Position numbers and translations under genes: made by a program. Below are positions 48,361 through 58,527 of a stretch of DNA of 64,000 nt, one piece after another. Source of the stretch: an archaeon (GTDB lineage: Archaea; Nanobdellota; Nanobdellia; SCGC-AAA011-G17; GW2011-AR17); NCBI GenBank assembly GCA_018692925.1, contig JABHLH010000002.1:38576-102575 (forward strand), in the 5' to 3' direction. The notes beneath the pieces were generated by a model that was given only the letters and a program-made list of their open reading frames with translations, had not been told where the DNA came from and did not search any database. How positions within the stretch are numbered: the stretch's first letter is position 1; each line of letters begins with the position of its first letter.

Positions 48361-49023
48361 TTATCTAGAGACTTCAACACCTCTCCTTTTACATTTTTTC
48401 TTTATTAGACATTTAGAACAGTATGGTGAAATAGGTCTACAAATATGTTGTCCATATGCAACTAGAAGAAAACTTAATTCTCTCCAATATTTTTTATCAA
48501 CTCTTTTTCTCACTTCATATTCTGTCTCTTCAGGATTCTTTGTTTTCAAAAAACCAAACCTATTCAAAATTCTATGATTATGTACATCAATACAAACTCC
48601 ATCTCCATCAAAACCTACACTAATTACTAAGTTTGCAGTTTTTCTTCCAACATTTGGCAACTCTAACAATTTCTCCATTGAGTTTGGAACTTTACCTTTA
48701 TACTTCTCAATTAAAATTTCACAAATCTTTCTAATATTCTTTCCTTTGGTTTTATAGAATCCTGCAGGATAAATTAACTCTGCAATTTCTTCTTCTTTCA
48801 ATTTCAACATTTCTTTAGGGCTTTTAGCTTTACTAAACAATTTATTAAAAGATTTCAAAGTAACTTCATCTTTTGTTCTCAAACTTATCACTGTAGAAAT
48901 CAAAATACTAAACGGATCTTTATGAGCTTTAGAAACCAAACTAACAACTGGCACATCCCATTTCTTAATTTCCTTTCTCAGTATTTTAATTATATCAATT
49001 AAATCTTTTTCATTCATCTTCAT
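48361..49023 (-). CDS. nth: Endonuclease III
   Basis: HhH LPNVGRKTA, DVH, CRPISPYCSKC..C Fe-S motif. Confidence 0.96.
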   Translation of the reverse strand: MKMNEKDLIDIIKILRKEIKKWDVPVVSLVSKAHKDPFSILISTVISLRTKDEVTLKSFNKLFSKAKSPKEMLKLKEEEIAELIYPAGFYKTKGKNIRKICEILIEKYKGKVPNSMEKLLELPNVGRKTANLVISVGFDGDGVCIDVHNHRILNRFGFLKTKNPEETEYEVRKRVDKKYWRELSFLLVAYGQHICRPISPYCSKCLIKKKCKRRGVEVSR

Positions 49024-49092
49024 TACAATAATTTCAAAATATTAAAAACTATCTCCATTATCTTTATAATCTCTAAATTTATTTAGCCTTCT

Positions 49093-49923
49093 ATGGATAA
49101 AAATCAAAGAAAGAAATTACTTCTTATTATTGCAATCCTTGGAATTGTAGCTTTAATGACTTCTGTTTACTTATTAAAAAATCATTATTATCCTGATCTA
49201 GGTTCTTTTTGCGATTTCGACGAATCTATTTCTTGTTCTTATGTAAACTCTAGTTCCTTTTCAGAAATATTAAATGTTCCAGCTGCTTTACTTGGAATAT
49301 TTTGGTCTTGCTTTTTAACTTTTTTTGCAATTAAATCAATAAAAAAAAGAACTTACTTAGTTCCATTATTTTTGTGGTCTTTATTCGGAGTACTATCTTC
49401 AATCTTTTTTATAATCGCTGAGTTTATTTTGAAAGCAATTTGTCCTCTGTGTACTGTGGTTCACATAATCTCTTTCATTGTAATTATTTTATCTATTTTA
49501 TTACTAAACTCTCAAAAAACTAATATTAGAATTTTAGATTTAAAACAATTAAAAACTATTTTGACAATTATAATCATAATCAATCTTTTACCTTTCTTAT
49601 TTTTCAACACTGTTCAAGCTGAACAAAATTATGATGATTTTGCTCAATGTTTGACAGATTCTGGTTTAGTAATTTATTCTTCTTCTCAATGTGGTGCTTG
49701 TGCTTACCAAGAAGAATTATTTGGAGAATCTTTTGGATTAATTAATCTTGTAGAATGTAATCCTTCAGCTGAAGATTATAATCAAGAGCTTTGTGATGCA
49801 AGATTTATTTCTGCTACGCCTACTTGGATATTAGAAATTGAAGGTGAAGAGTTTGAAAGAGAGATTGGTTACCAAAATTTTGAACAATTATCTTCTTGGA
49901 CTTCTTGTGTGCTAAATAGTTAA
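49093..49923 (+). CDS. VKOR + thioredoxin-like fusion
   Basis: C..ISC loop, CPLC, CGAC, PTW. Confidence 0.92.
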   Translation: MDKNQRKKLLLIIAILGIVALMTSVYLLKNHYYPDLGSFCDFDESISCSYVNSSSFSEILNVPAALLGIFWSCFLTFFAIKSIKKRTYLVPLFLWSLFGVLSSIFFIIAEFILKAICPLCTVVHIISFIVIILSILLLNSQKTNIRILDLKQLKTILTIIIIINLLPFLFFNTVQAEQNYDDFAQCLTDSGLVIYSSSQCGACAYQEELFGESFGLINLVECNPSAEDYNQELCDARFISATPTWILEIEGEEFEREIGYQNFEQLSSWTSCVLNS

Positions 49924-49958
49924 TCTTAAATATAATTTATTTTTAGGAAAATATTAAG

Positions 49959-50426
49959 ATGACATTAATATCTAAAAAATCACTTCCTATTGCTGCAATA
50001 ATAATAGGGTCTGCCTTTGCTGTTAGTGCTGGTATAATTGGTCAAACTAATAAAGAAAATAAAAAAGATATTTTGGCAGAATGTGCTCAAGAACCTAATT
50101 TAAGATTTGGTTATATTACTTGTTACAATCCTTCTATTGATAGATTAGAATTAAAATCTGCTAAAGACAATGCTTTAGATTTAATTGTTTATACTCATGG
50201 TAATGAACAAATTTCTTATTTGCTTACAAGGGGACCAAATAAAAATGATTTGCTTCATAATCCTGATTATACTCATACTAATTTTGATACTATTACTCAT
50301 GATCATCCTCTTCCTCACAAAATTTCTGCAATGGTTACTGGAGATATTAATGGTGATGGTTTAACTGATTTAATTATTGGTACTTATTCTGGTGATGTTA
50401 TTGCTTATCAAGGTATTTCTGAATAG
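49959..50426 (+). CDS. Secreted protein with a single FG-GAP-like motif
   Basis: GDINGDGLTDLIIG. Confidence 0.7.
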   Translation: MTLISKKSLPIAAIIIGSAFAVSAGIIGQTNKENKKDILAECAQEPNLRFGYITCYNPSIDRLELKSAKDNALDLIVYTHGNEQISYLLTRGPNKNDLLHNPDYTHTNFDTITHDHPLPHKISAMVTGDINGDGLTDLIIGTYSGDVIAYQGISE

Positions 50427-50513
50427 TTTTCACCTCAAAAACACAAGCTTTATATAGAAGTTCTTCTTATTCGAACACAACCTTGTTGAGCTTAAGTCAA
50501 CAGGAAAGACAAA

Positions 50514-50978
50514 ATGAAAAAAGAAGAAAATCCAAAAGAAGCTCAAAATGAAGAGGAAACTCAAAAAGAAGAGCAAAGTCTTTTAGAACAACTACAGAGA
50601 TTACAAGCAGAGTTCATAAATTACAGAACTAGAGTTGAGAAAGAAAAAGTTCAGATAAAAGAACAAACAAAAGAAATCACTATCTTAAGATTTTTAGACA
50701 TAAAAGACAACTTCGATAGAGCACCAAAACTTGACGAAGGTATGGAATTAATTTACAAACAATTTCAAAAAATATTCAAAGATGAATCTGTTCAAGAGAT
50801 TGAAAATCTAGTTTTTGATCCTCAATTTCATGAGGCGATTGCAACAGATCCAAATACAAAGAAAGACAAAATAGTTGAAGTAATCCAAAAAGGTTACAAA
50901 CGAAATGAAATTCTAATGAGACCTTCAAAGGTTGTAGTTGGAAGTAATGATAATATAGGAGAAAAGAAAAATGAGTAA
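50514..50978 (+). CDS. grpE: Nucleotide exchange factor GrpE
   Basis: [24 protein letters not shown]. Confidence 0.95.
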   Translation: MKKEENPKEAQNEEETQKEEQSLLEQLQRLQAEFINYRTRVEKEKVQIKEQTKEITILRFLDIKDNFDRAPKLDEGMELIYKQFQKIFKDESVQEIENLVFDPQFHEAIATDPNTKKDKIVEVIQKGYKRNEILMRPSKVVVGSNDNIGEKKNE

Positions 50979-52812
50979 AATTATAGGTATAGATTTAGGT
51001 ACAACAAATTCAGCAGTCGCAGTTTTAGAAGGAGGAAAACCATCCATTATTTCCTCAGCAGAAGGTGGAAGAACAATTCCAAGTGTAATTTCTGTTAAAG
51101 GAGATGAAATCATCGTCGGTGAAATTGCTAAAAGACAAGCAGTTGCAAATCCTTTACATACAATCAGAAGTATCAAAAGATTAATTGGTACAAATGAAAA
51201 TGTAAAAATTGACGATAAAGAATACACACCTCAAGAAGTTTCTGCAATGATTTTAAGAAAAATCAAAAAAGATGCTGAGTCATATTTAGGACAAAAAGTT
51301 ACAAAAGCTGTTATCACAGTTCCTGCTTACTTTAATGATGCACAAAGACAAGCAACAAAAGATGCAGGTAAAATTGCAGGTTTCGAAGTTGAAAGAATTA
51401 TTAACGAACCAACTGCTGCAGCTTTAGCTTATGGTTTAGATAAAGGTGAAGCACACACTGTTTTAGTTTTCGACTTAGGTGGTGGAACTTTTGATGTTTC
51501 TATCTTAGAATTAGGAGATGGAGTTTTAGAAGTAAAATCAACATCTGGAGATAACAAATTAGGTGGAGATGATTTCGACGACAAAATTATAGATTATTTA
51601 GCTGAAACTTTCAAAAATAAAAATGGTATTAATTTGAAAGATGATTTAACAGCTTTACAAAGACTAAAAGAATCTGCAGAAAAAGCAAAGATTGAATTAT
51701 CAACTTCAATGCAAACTACTATTAGCCTACCATACGTCACCGCAAATGCTTCAGGGCCGTTGCATTTAGAGGAAGAGTTAACAAGAACTAAGTTCAATGA
51801 ACTTACAAGAGACTTGGTAGAAAGAACAATTAATCCTGTAAAACAAGCATTGAAAGATGCAGAATTAAATCCTACAGAGATCCATAATGTTCTTTTAGTT
51901 GGTGGTTCAACAAGAATGCCTGCAGTTCAAGAACAAGTGAAAATTTTATTGAACAAAGAAGGAGAAAAAACTTTGAATCCTGATGAGGCTGTTGCTTTAG
52001 GTGCTTCTTTACAAGGAGGAATTCTAGGTGGGGAAGTAAAAGACATTTTACTTCTGGATGTGACTCCTCTAAGTTTAGGAATTGAAACTTTAGGTTCTGT
52101 TTCAACAAAATTAATTGAGAGAAATACAACTATTCCTGTAAAAAAGTCTCAAATATTTAGTACAGCTTCAGACAACCAACCTGCTGTAACAATTAATGTT
52201 CTGCAAGGTGAAAGAGCTATGGCATCTGACAATAAATCTTTAGGTAGATTTGATCTTGTTGGTATTCCACCTGCTCCAAGAGGAGTTCCTCAGGTTGAAG
52301 TTAGTTTTGATATTGATGCAAATGGAATTGTACATGTTTCTGCAAAAGATTTAGGTACTGGTAAAGAACAAAAAATTACTGTTACTGGTGGATCTGGAAT
52401 GAACGATGCTGATATTGAAAAAGCTGTAAAAGAAGCTGAGAAATTTGCTGAAGCTGATTCTAAAAAGAAAGAATCTATTGAAGTAAAAAATCAAGCTGAT
52501 ACAACTATTTACTCTTCAGAGAAAATGTTAAATGAACATAAAGACAAAATAGACAAAGCAACAACAGAAAAAATTGAGAAAGAAATTAGTGAATTAAAAG
52601 AAGCTGCAAAAACTGATGATGTTGAAAAGATTAAAGCTCAAATCGAATCTATCAACAAAGCTTTACAAGAAATTGGTACAAAAATTTACCAAGATGCAGC
52701 TCAAGCACAAGAACAAACTCAAGAAAAACCTGAAGAAAAAAAGGAAGAGAATGTTGTAGACGCTGAGTTTGAAAAAGAAGAGAAAACAGAAAAAGAAGAA
52801 AAGAGTGAATAA
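50971..52812 (+). CDS. dnaK: Chaperone DnaK
   Basis: [25 protein letters not shown]. Confidence 0.99.
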   Translation: MSKIIGIDLGTTNSAVAVLEGGKPSIISSAEGGRTIPSVISVKGDEIIVGEIAKRQAVANPLHTIRSIKRLIGTNENVKIDDKEYTPQEVSAMILRKIKKDAESYLGQKVTKAVITVPAYFNDAQRQATKDAGKIAGFEVERIINEPTAAALAYGLDKGEAHTVLVFDLGGGTFDVSILELGDGVLEVKSTSGDNKLGGDDFDDKIIDYLAETFKNKNGINLKDDLTALQRLKESAEKAKIELSTSMQTTISLPYVTANASGPLHLEEELTRTKFNELTRDLVERTINPVKQALKDAELNPTEIHNVLLVGGSTRMPAVQEQVKILLNKEGEKTLNPDEAVALGASLQGGILGGEVKDILLLDVTPLSLGIETLGSVSTKLIERNTTIPVKKSQIFSTASDNQPAVTINVLQGERAMASDNKSLGRFDLVGIPPAPRGVPQVEVSFDIDANGIVHVSAKDLGTGKEQKITVTGGSGMNDADIEKAVKEAEKFAEADSKKKESIEVKNQADTTIYSSEKMLNEHKDKIDKATTEKIEKEISELKEAAKTDDVEKIKAQIESINKALQEIGTKIYQDAAQAQEQTQEKPEEKKEENVVDAEFEKEEKTEKEEKSE

Positions 52813-52836
52813 CTCTTTTTTTATTTTATTATTAAA

Positions 52837-53004
52837 ATGGGATTAGAAGATTTAACAGGATATGGGACAATTGATTCCTTTGTATATTCTCCTAGGTCGA
52901 ATAATCTTTATCGTCAATCTAATGAACCTTATCAAAGAATAAATTCAGATATGCTTTATGATTTTTCTAGCTCTGGATATGGTGGAGGTTCAGTTTATGG
53001 ATAA
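52837..53004 (+). CDS. Putative 55-aa Gly/Ser/Tyr-rich protein
   Basis: Manual translation MGLEDLTGYG...SSGYGGGSVYG; overlaps the next start. Confidence 0.5.
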   Translation: MGLEDLTGYGTIDSFVYSPRSNNLYRQSNEPYQRINSDMLYDFSSSGYGGGSVYG

Positions 53005-53293
53005 ATCTTACAAAAATATTGGAGATTTACTTAGAGAAGATTCAATAAAAGAAACTCCAAGAAGAATGATGGATTATCAACATGCTGCTACAAAAGTATT
53101 AGATTCCTATTTTCAAGAAAGAGATTTTGAAAAAATTCAAGTAAAACAAGAATATAAAAGACATGAAGACTTAAGTCAATATGCTCATGGATTGAATGAG
53201 AGAATGAAAGAGTTTCAAGATTTTCACACTAGAAGGTATTTCGAATATTTTGCTAAGCAAGCATTAGAGGGATTACTAAATGTACCAAAATAA
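52997..53293 (+). CDS. Hypothetical protein
   Basis: ORF 52958..53293 restarted at ATG 52997 (GGAGGT SD). Confidence 0.6.
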   Translation: MDKSYKNIGDLLREDSIKETPRRMMDYQHAATKVLDSYFQERDFEKIQVKQEYKRHEDLSQYAHGLNERMKEFQDFHTRRYFEYFAKQALEGLLNVPK

Positions 53294-53377
53294 AACAACA
53301 TCTTATAAAACAGAAACAACCTTTTGTTGTGGTAGAGAGTGTCCTACTTGTAAAAAAAGAAAGGGAAGAACATATCA

Positions 53378-54481
53378 ATGACTGACTATTATGAAACTTT
53401 AGGTATTAAAAAAACTGCAACTAAAGAAGAGATTAAAAAAGCTTACAAAAAACTTGCAAAAAAGCATCACCCTGATCTAAATAAAAATAATCCTAAATCT
53501 GCAGAAAAATTTAAAGAAATTAATGAAGCTTATTCTGCTTTAAGTGACGAGTCAAAAAGATCTAATTATGATCGTTTTGGTTCTGCTGGTGCACAACAAC
53601 ATTCTCATGGTTATGAAGGTTTCCAGTCGAGAGACTTTGGAGATATCTCAGATATTTTCGATTCTTTTTTTGGCTTTGGTGGTCAAAGGTCAGGAAATGT
53701 TAGAAGGAAAGGTCAAAGTCTAAAAGTTGAATTAGAATTATCTTTCAAAGAAGCAGTTTTTGGTACTGAGAAAAAAATTAAAGTTACTAGATATGAAACC
53801 TGTGATACTTGTGAAGGTTTAGGTGGAAAAGGCGAAGTAAAATGTGCAACTTGTAAAGGTGCTGGTCATGTAAGAAAAAATTTCAGAACTCCTTTTGGTG
53901 TATTTGCACAAACTGCTGCATGTAATACTTGTGGTGGGACTGGTAATGTTTTAAAACATACTTGTAAAGATTGTAAAGGTAATGGTAAGGTAAAAAATAC
54001 TTCTTCAATAACTGTAAAAGTTCCTCCTGGTATTAGTGATGGTCAAACTTTAAGATTAACTGGTGAAGGTGAAGCTGGAAATCATGGTGGTCCTGCTGGA
54101 GATTTATTTGTTGAGGTTTATGTAACTCCTGACGAAATGTTTGAGAGGAAAGGTGATAATATTCATTTAGACTATCCTATTTCTTTTTCACAAGCAGCTT
54201 TAGGCGATACTGTTCAAGTTCCTACAATCAGGGGAAAAGTAAAAATGAAAATTCCTTCTGGAACTCAATCTGGAACTTTAATGAAATTAAAAGAAGAAGG
54301 TGTTGACAATGTTAATGGTTATGGTGTTGGTGATCAATATGTAAGAATTTGTGTTAAGACTCCAACTAAATTAAATTCTAAAATGAAAAAACTTTTGAAA
54401 GATTTTGCAAAAGAAAATAAAGAAAAATTAAAAATTGAAAAAGGTTTTTTTGAAAAATTAAAAGATGGTTTTGAGCTTTAA
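53378..54481 (+). CDS. dnaJ: Chaperone DnaJ
   Basis: HPD, G/F region, four CxxCxGxG repeats. Confidence 0.98.
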   Translation: MTDYYETLGIKKTATKEEIKKAYKKLAKKHHPDLNKNNPKSAEKFKEINEAYSALSDESKRSNYDRFGSAGAQQHSHGYEGFQSRDFGDISDIFDSFFGFGGQRSGNVRRKGQSLKVELELSFKEAVFGTEKKIKVTRYETCDTCEGLGGKGEVKCATCKGAGHVRKNFRTPFGVFAQTAACNTCGGTGNVLKHTCKDCKGNGKVKNTSSITVKVPPGISDGQTLRLTGEGEAGNHGGPAGDLFVEVYVTPDEMFERKGDNIHLDYPISFSQAALGDTVQVPTIRGKVKMKIPSGTQSGTLMKLKEEGVDNVNGYGVGDQYVRICVKTPTKLNSKMKKLLKDFAKENKEKLKIEKGFFEKLKDGFEL

Positions 54482-54744
54482 ACTTTTTCTTCTAATCTTG
54501 TTGAAGCACCCCAAATGCTTCCACCAATACCAACAAGTGTTGCTGCTGTTGCCACTAAAAATGATTCTGCACTAGCATTTTCATAAAATTGCATATATCC
54601 TAGTCCTGCTATTGCTGTAGGGACACTTAATGCTAAAACTGTTTTTGAAATATAATATTCTGTTTTTCCTACCAAACCTTTAGAATTATATCTCTCTTTT
54701 CTTTTTTCACGTCTTTTTAAAATTACTCTATATTCTTCTCTCAT
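54478..54744 (-). CDS. 2-TM hypothetical protein
   Basis: ORF track; GGTGA SD. Confidence 0.6.
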   Translation of the reverse strand: MREEYRVILKRREKRKERYNSKGLVGKTEYYISKTVLALSVPTAIAGLGYMQFYENASAESFLVATAATLVGIGGSIWGASTRLEEKV

Positions 54745-54834
54745 CTTTCGTTCACCAAATAAAGAATTAAAAATTTACTATAAAAATGCTCTGAAGGATT
54801 AATCTTTATTAGAAATAAAAAAAATAAAAAAAAT

Positions 54835-55173
54835 TTAGTCTTTTGCTAATGCAAACACAGACTTAAGTGCTACTACAATTGTTGCTGGAACAAACAGTGC
54901 TAACAAATTGTTAAATATAGTGCTCAAGTACATAACTGAACCTAAACTTTGTCCACCTAAGTAACCCATTAAAGCTAAAACAGTTCCTGCCATTAAAAAA
55001 GCACTAACTTCTTTTTCTTCAATATTAAGTAGCCCTATAACTAAACCTAGCACAACTAAAACCCAAGCAACCCAAGCGTATGCAGTAATGAAACCAAAGA
55101 TTAAAGCTAACAGTACACCTGCTAAAAATGCCCACCTTCCAAGTTTTGCTTTACCACTTTTCTTTTTTGCCAT
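54835..55173 (-). CDS. 4-TM membrane protein
   Basis: GGAGGT SD before ATG 55173; GLVIGLLNI..E...FL motif. Confidence 0.8.
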   Translation of the reverse strand: MAKKKSGKAKLGRWAFLAGVLLALIFGFITAYAWVAWVLVVLGLVIGLLNIEEKEVSAFLMAGTVLALMGYLGGQSLGSVMYLSTIFNNLLALFVPATIVVALKSVFALAKD

Positions 55174-55291
55174 AAGTATCAACCTCCTTTTTATTAAGCT
55201 TCTATAAGCTATGATCCTTTATATGTTTTTTCAAAATAGATATTCTAACAATAAGATACTTTTATATAATACTTTTTTATTTTATTACATA

Positions 55292-57004
55292 ATGATACGT
55301 CAACCTTTAGTAGTTGTAATGGGGAATGTAGATTCTGGAAAAACCCAAACTTTAGATACTATTAGAAGGACTGCTGTTATAAAATCTGAAGCTGGTGCTA
55401 TCACTCAAATGATTTCTTCTTCTTCCATTTCTCTAAATACTATACAAAAGATTTGTGGAGATTTATTAAAAGGAAAAAATATCAATCTTCCTGGTTTAGT
55501 TTTTATTGACACTCCGGGGCATGCAGCTTTTTCAAACATGAGAAAGCGAGGCGGAAATCTTGCTGACATTGCAATTTTAGTTGTAGATATTAATGAGGGT
55601 ATAAAACCTCAAACTATTGAATGTATTCAAATTTTAAAAAAATACAAAACTCCATTTTTAATTGCTTTAAACAAATTAGATTTAACTCCTGGTTGGCAAA
55701 AAACAAATGAAAAAATGGTTCTTAATATGATTGCAAAACAATCTCCAAAGGTTCAACAACATATTGAAACTAAACTTTACGAAATTGTTGGTAAATTACA
55801 TGAAGAAGGTTTTCAAACTGAAAGGTTTGACAGAGTTGACGATTACACAAATACTATTGCAATGGTTCCTTGTTCTGCAAAAGTTGGTTTAGGTGTTCCA
55901 GAACTTTTAATGGTCTTAATGGGTCTTGCACAAAAATTCTTAGAAAAAAATCTAGTTACAGATTTATCTGGTCCTGCAAAGGGAACAGTTTTAGAAGTTA
56001 AAGAGGAGAAAGGTTTAGGAACAACAATTAATGCAATTATTTATGAGGGTACAATCAAAGTTAACGATCCTATTATTATTGGTGGGGTTATTGAACCAAT
56101 TGTTACAAAAGTAAAAGGTTTATTCGAACCCGACGAAAAAAATAAATTCAAACCTGTAAAAGAAATTGTTGCTGCTGCTGGTGTAAAACTTTCTGCAGTT
56201 GGAATTAAAGATGTTGTATCTGGTATGCCTTTATTTGTTATTAATGATAATGAAGAAGAATTAACACAAAAGATTCAAGAAGAGGTTGATGAAGTTTTAA
56301 TTGAAACAGAAAAATCAGGTATTGTAATCAAAGCAGATTCTCTTGGTTCTTTAGAAGCTGTTATTGGTATGTTACAAGATAAAGAAATTCCAATCAAAAA
56401 AGCTTCTGTAGGTTTTGTTACCAAAAAAGATATTACATCTGCAGTTTCTGATGAAGAACCAACTAACAGAGTAATTCTTTGTTTCAATGTAAAAACTGAT
56501 ACTGACGAAGTAAAAGTAATTTCTCATAATATTATTTATCAACTTATTGACGACTTAGAAGCTTGGAGAGAAGAATTAAGGAAGAAAGAGGAAGAAAAAG
56601 AACTTGATGTTTTAATCAAACCTGCAAAGATGAAATATTTACAAGGTTGTACTTTCCGACAAAATAATCCTTGTGTTGTTGGTGTAGAAATTTTAGCTGG
56701 AAAATTAAGACCTGGTGTTGATTTAATTAAAGACAATGGTGATCATGTTGGAAATGTAAAAACTATACAACTTGAAAAAGATACTCTTAAAGAAGTTGAG
56801 AAAGGAAAACAAGTTGCAGTTTCAATTATTGGTCCTACTGCTGGTCGACAAATTCAAGAAGGCGAAACTTTTTTTGTTGATATGAATGAAAATAATTTTA
56901 GAAGTTTGAAAAGATTAAAAAGATTCTTAAAACCTGATGATATTTTAGTTCTAAAAGAATTAGCTGAACTTAAAAGAAAAGAAAATCATTTATGGGGAGT
57001 TTAG
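55292..57004 (+). CDS. infB: Translation initiation factor aIF5B (IF-2)
   Basis: MIRQP start, DTPGHAAF, NKLD, KADSLGSLEA. Confidence 0.97.
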   Translation: MIRQPLVVVMGNVDSGKTQTLDTIRRTAVIKSEAGAITQMISSSSISLNTIQKICGDLLKGKNINLPGLVFIDTPGHAAFSNMRKRGGNLADIAILVVDINEGIKPQTIECIQILKKYKTPFLIALNKLDLTPGWQKTNEKMVLNMIAKQSPKVQQHIETKLYEIVGKLHEEGFQTERFDRVDDYTNTIAMVPCSAKVGLGVPELLMVLMGLAQKFLEKNLVTDLSGPAKGTVLEVKEEKGLGTTINAIIYEGTIKVNDPIIIGGVIEPIVTKVKGLFEPDEKNKFKPVKEIVAAAGVKLSAVGIKDVVSGMPLFVINDNEEELTQKIQEEVDEVLIETEKSGIVIKADSLGSLEAVIGMLQDKEIPIKKASVGFVTKKDITSAVSDEEPTNRVILCFNVKTDTDEVKVISHNIIYQLIDDLEAWREELRKKEEEKELDVLIKPAKMKYLQGCTFRQNNPCVVGVEILAGKLRPGVDLIKDNGDHVGNVKTIQLEKDTLKEVEKGKQVAVSIIGPTAGRQIQEGETFFVDMNENNFRSLKRLKRFLKPDDILVLKELAELKRKENHLWGV

Positions 57005-57046
57005 TCTTCCAAAAACCTTATTAATAACTTCTTTAAAAAAATTATT

Positions 57047-57652
57047 ATGTCAACACTAAAAGATGTATTAAAATCAATTAATCACAATAAATATTCCAGT
57101 GCTTCAGTTTTAGCATTAACTTCATTACTAGTCTTTCGTTCAACTCTAGCTTACTTAGATTACAAGGGTTATGGGATAGAAAGTTCTACATTTAATGAAG
57201 CTTTTGAAAATTTAGCTATTCTTGGTTCATTTCTTGTAGCATCTGTTTCAACAGCGAGCACATTTTATGCTACAAAATATTCTAAAGAAAGATTTCATGA
57301 AAATATGGGAATTCCTTTTGATTTGTTATATAATTACCATAATGGGATGGGTCATTGTCCAAGAGCAGGTTTTGAAATAGCAGCAAAAGATCTAGGTTTT
57401 GAAATTCCTAAAAATGATCCAGAATCAATGTTAAGATTATTATACTCTAATGTAAAAACACCTGGAGATATTACAGGATATATTAGAGAGACAACTCCTT
57501 TATTAATACAAGAATTAGGTGTGGAAAAATCTCTAGAAGTTTTTGTTGAAACTACTGGTTTAGACTTTGATTTAGCCTATGGTTCCCTTGGTCAAATAGT
57601 AGGATTTACACCTAAAACTCTCTCGCCTTACAATGAACTTGAAGTTAATTAA
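57047..57652 (+). CDS. Hypothetical membrane protein
   Basis: ORF track. Confidence 0.65.
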   Translation: MSTLKDVLKSINHNKYSSASVLALTSLLVFRSTLAYLDYKGYGIESSTFNEAFENLAILGSFLVASVSTASTFYATKYSKERFHENMGIPFDLLYNYHNGMGHCPRAGFEIAAKDLGFEIPKNDPESMLRLLYSNVKTPGDITGYIRETTPLLIQELGVEKSLEVFVETTGLDFDLAYGSLGQIVGFTPKTLSPYNELEVN

Positions 57653-57734
57653 CCTTCTAGTTGTATAACTACTCTCGAGTATTACCTACAAGCATTCCAA
57701 AAACTTTATAAACCATTGAAAAACAAATTACAAT

Positions 57735-58130
57735 ATGGCAGAATTCAAATTTGTAATAAATGATGTAAAAACTGGAAAGACTTTTCAAAAGGCTTTAGAA
57801 GATGAATCAGTTATTGGTAAAAAGATTGGGGAAAAGCTTAATGGTGGCTTCTTAGGTCTAGAAGGATATGAATTAGAGATCAAAGGTGGATCAGATTCTG
57901 CTGGATTTCCAATGAAAAGTAATATTAATAGTTCTCAGAGAAGAAAGCTTTTATTGTCTCGTGGTACAGCTATGAGAAAAAATAGAGCAGGTTTGAAGAT
58001 AAGAAAAACAGTTTGTGGAAACACTATATCTTCAAATATTACTCAAATCAATCTTAAAGTTATCAAGTATGGTGCTAAATCTTTAGAAGACATTTTTGCT
58101 CCTAAAGAAGAAGCTCCAAAAGCTGAGTAA
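57735..58130 (+). CDS. rps6e: 30S ribosomal protein S6e
   Basis: GGSDSAGFPM, RKTVCGN. Confidence 0.96.
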   Translation: MAEFKFVINDVKTGKTFQKALEDESVIGKKIGEKLNGGFLGLEGYELEIKGGSDSAGFPMKSNINSSQRRKLLLSRGTAMRKNRAGLKIRKTVCGNTISSNITQINLKVIKYGAKSLEDIFAPKEEAPKAE

Positions 58131-58149
58131 TTCGAGTTAGAGGTTTAAG

Positions 58150-58437
58150 ATGAAACATAAAACTAAGAGTGTATTGATTGCAAGAAAGAAAAGGTTAGAT
58201 CCTGAAGACTACAATCATAGACCTTGCTTTATTAGTTTTTTTGAAACAAATGACCCTCATTTGAGTGTAGAAGGTCCAACAAAAGTTATTGAATTTGATA
58301 GGAAACACAAAGTTAAGATCGAAGGTCTTAATGTTAATTATTTACTTCCTGGAAATGATATTATTATCAATGACTTAGAAGAGATCGAAATACTTGAAAA
58401 AGATGACATTATTACAGTGACTGGGAAACATTGTTAA
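58150..58437 (+). CDS. Hypothetical protein
   Basis: ORF track; GAGGT SD. Confidence 0.7.
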   Translation: MKHKTKSVLIARKKRLDPEDYNHRPCFISFFETNDPHLSVEGPTKVIEFDRKHKVKIEGLNVNYLLPGNDIIINDLEEIEILEKDDIITVTGKHC

Positions 58438-58527
58438 AGCAAGCTAAAAAAGATTCTTCATTTTATTAGATAGTATGCATTAATTCTCCTTTAGGTTAAT
58501 TTTATAAACAACCAAAATTTTGTTAAT

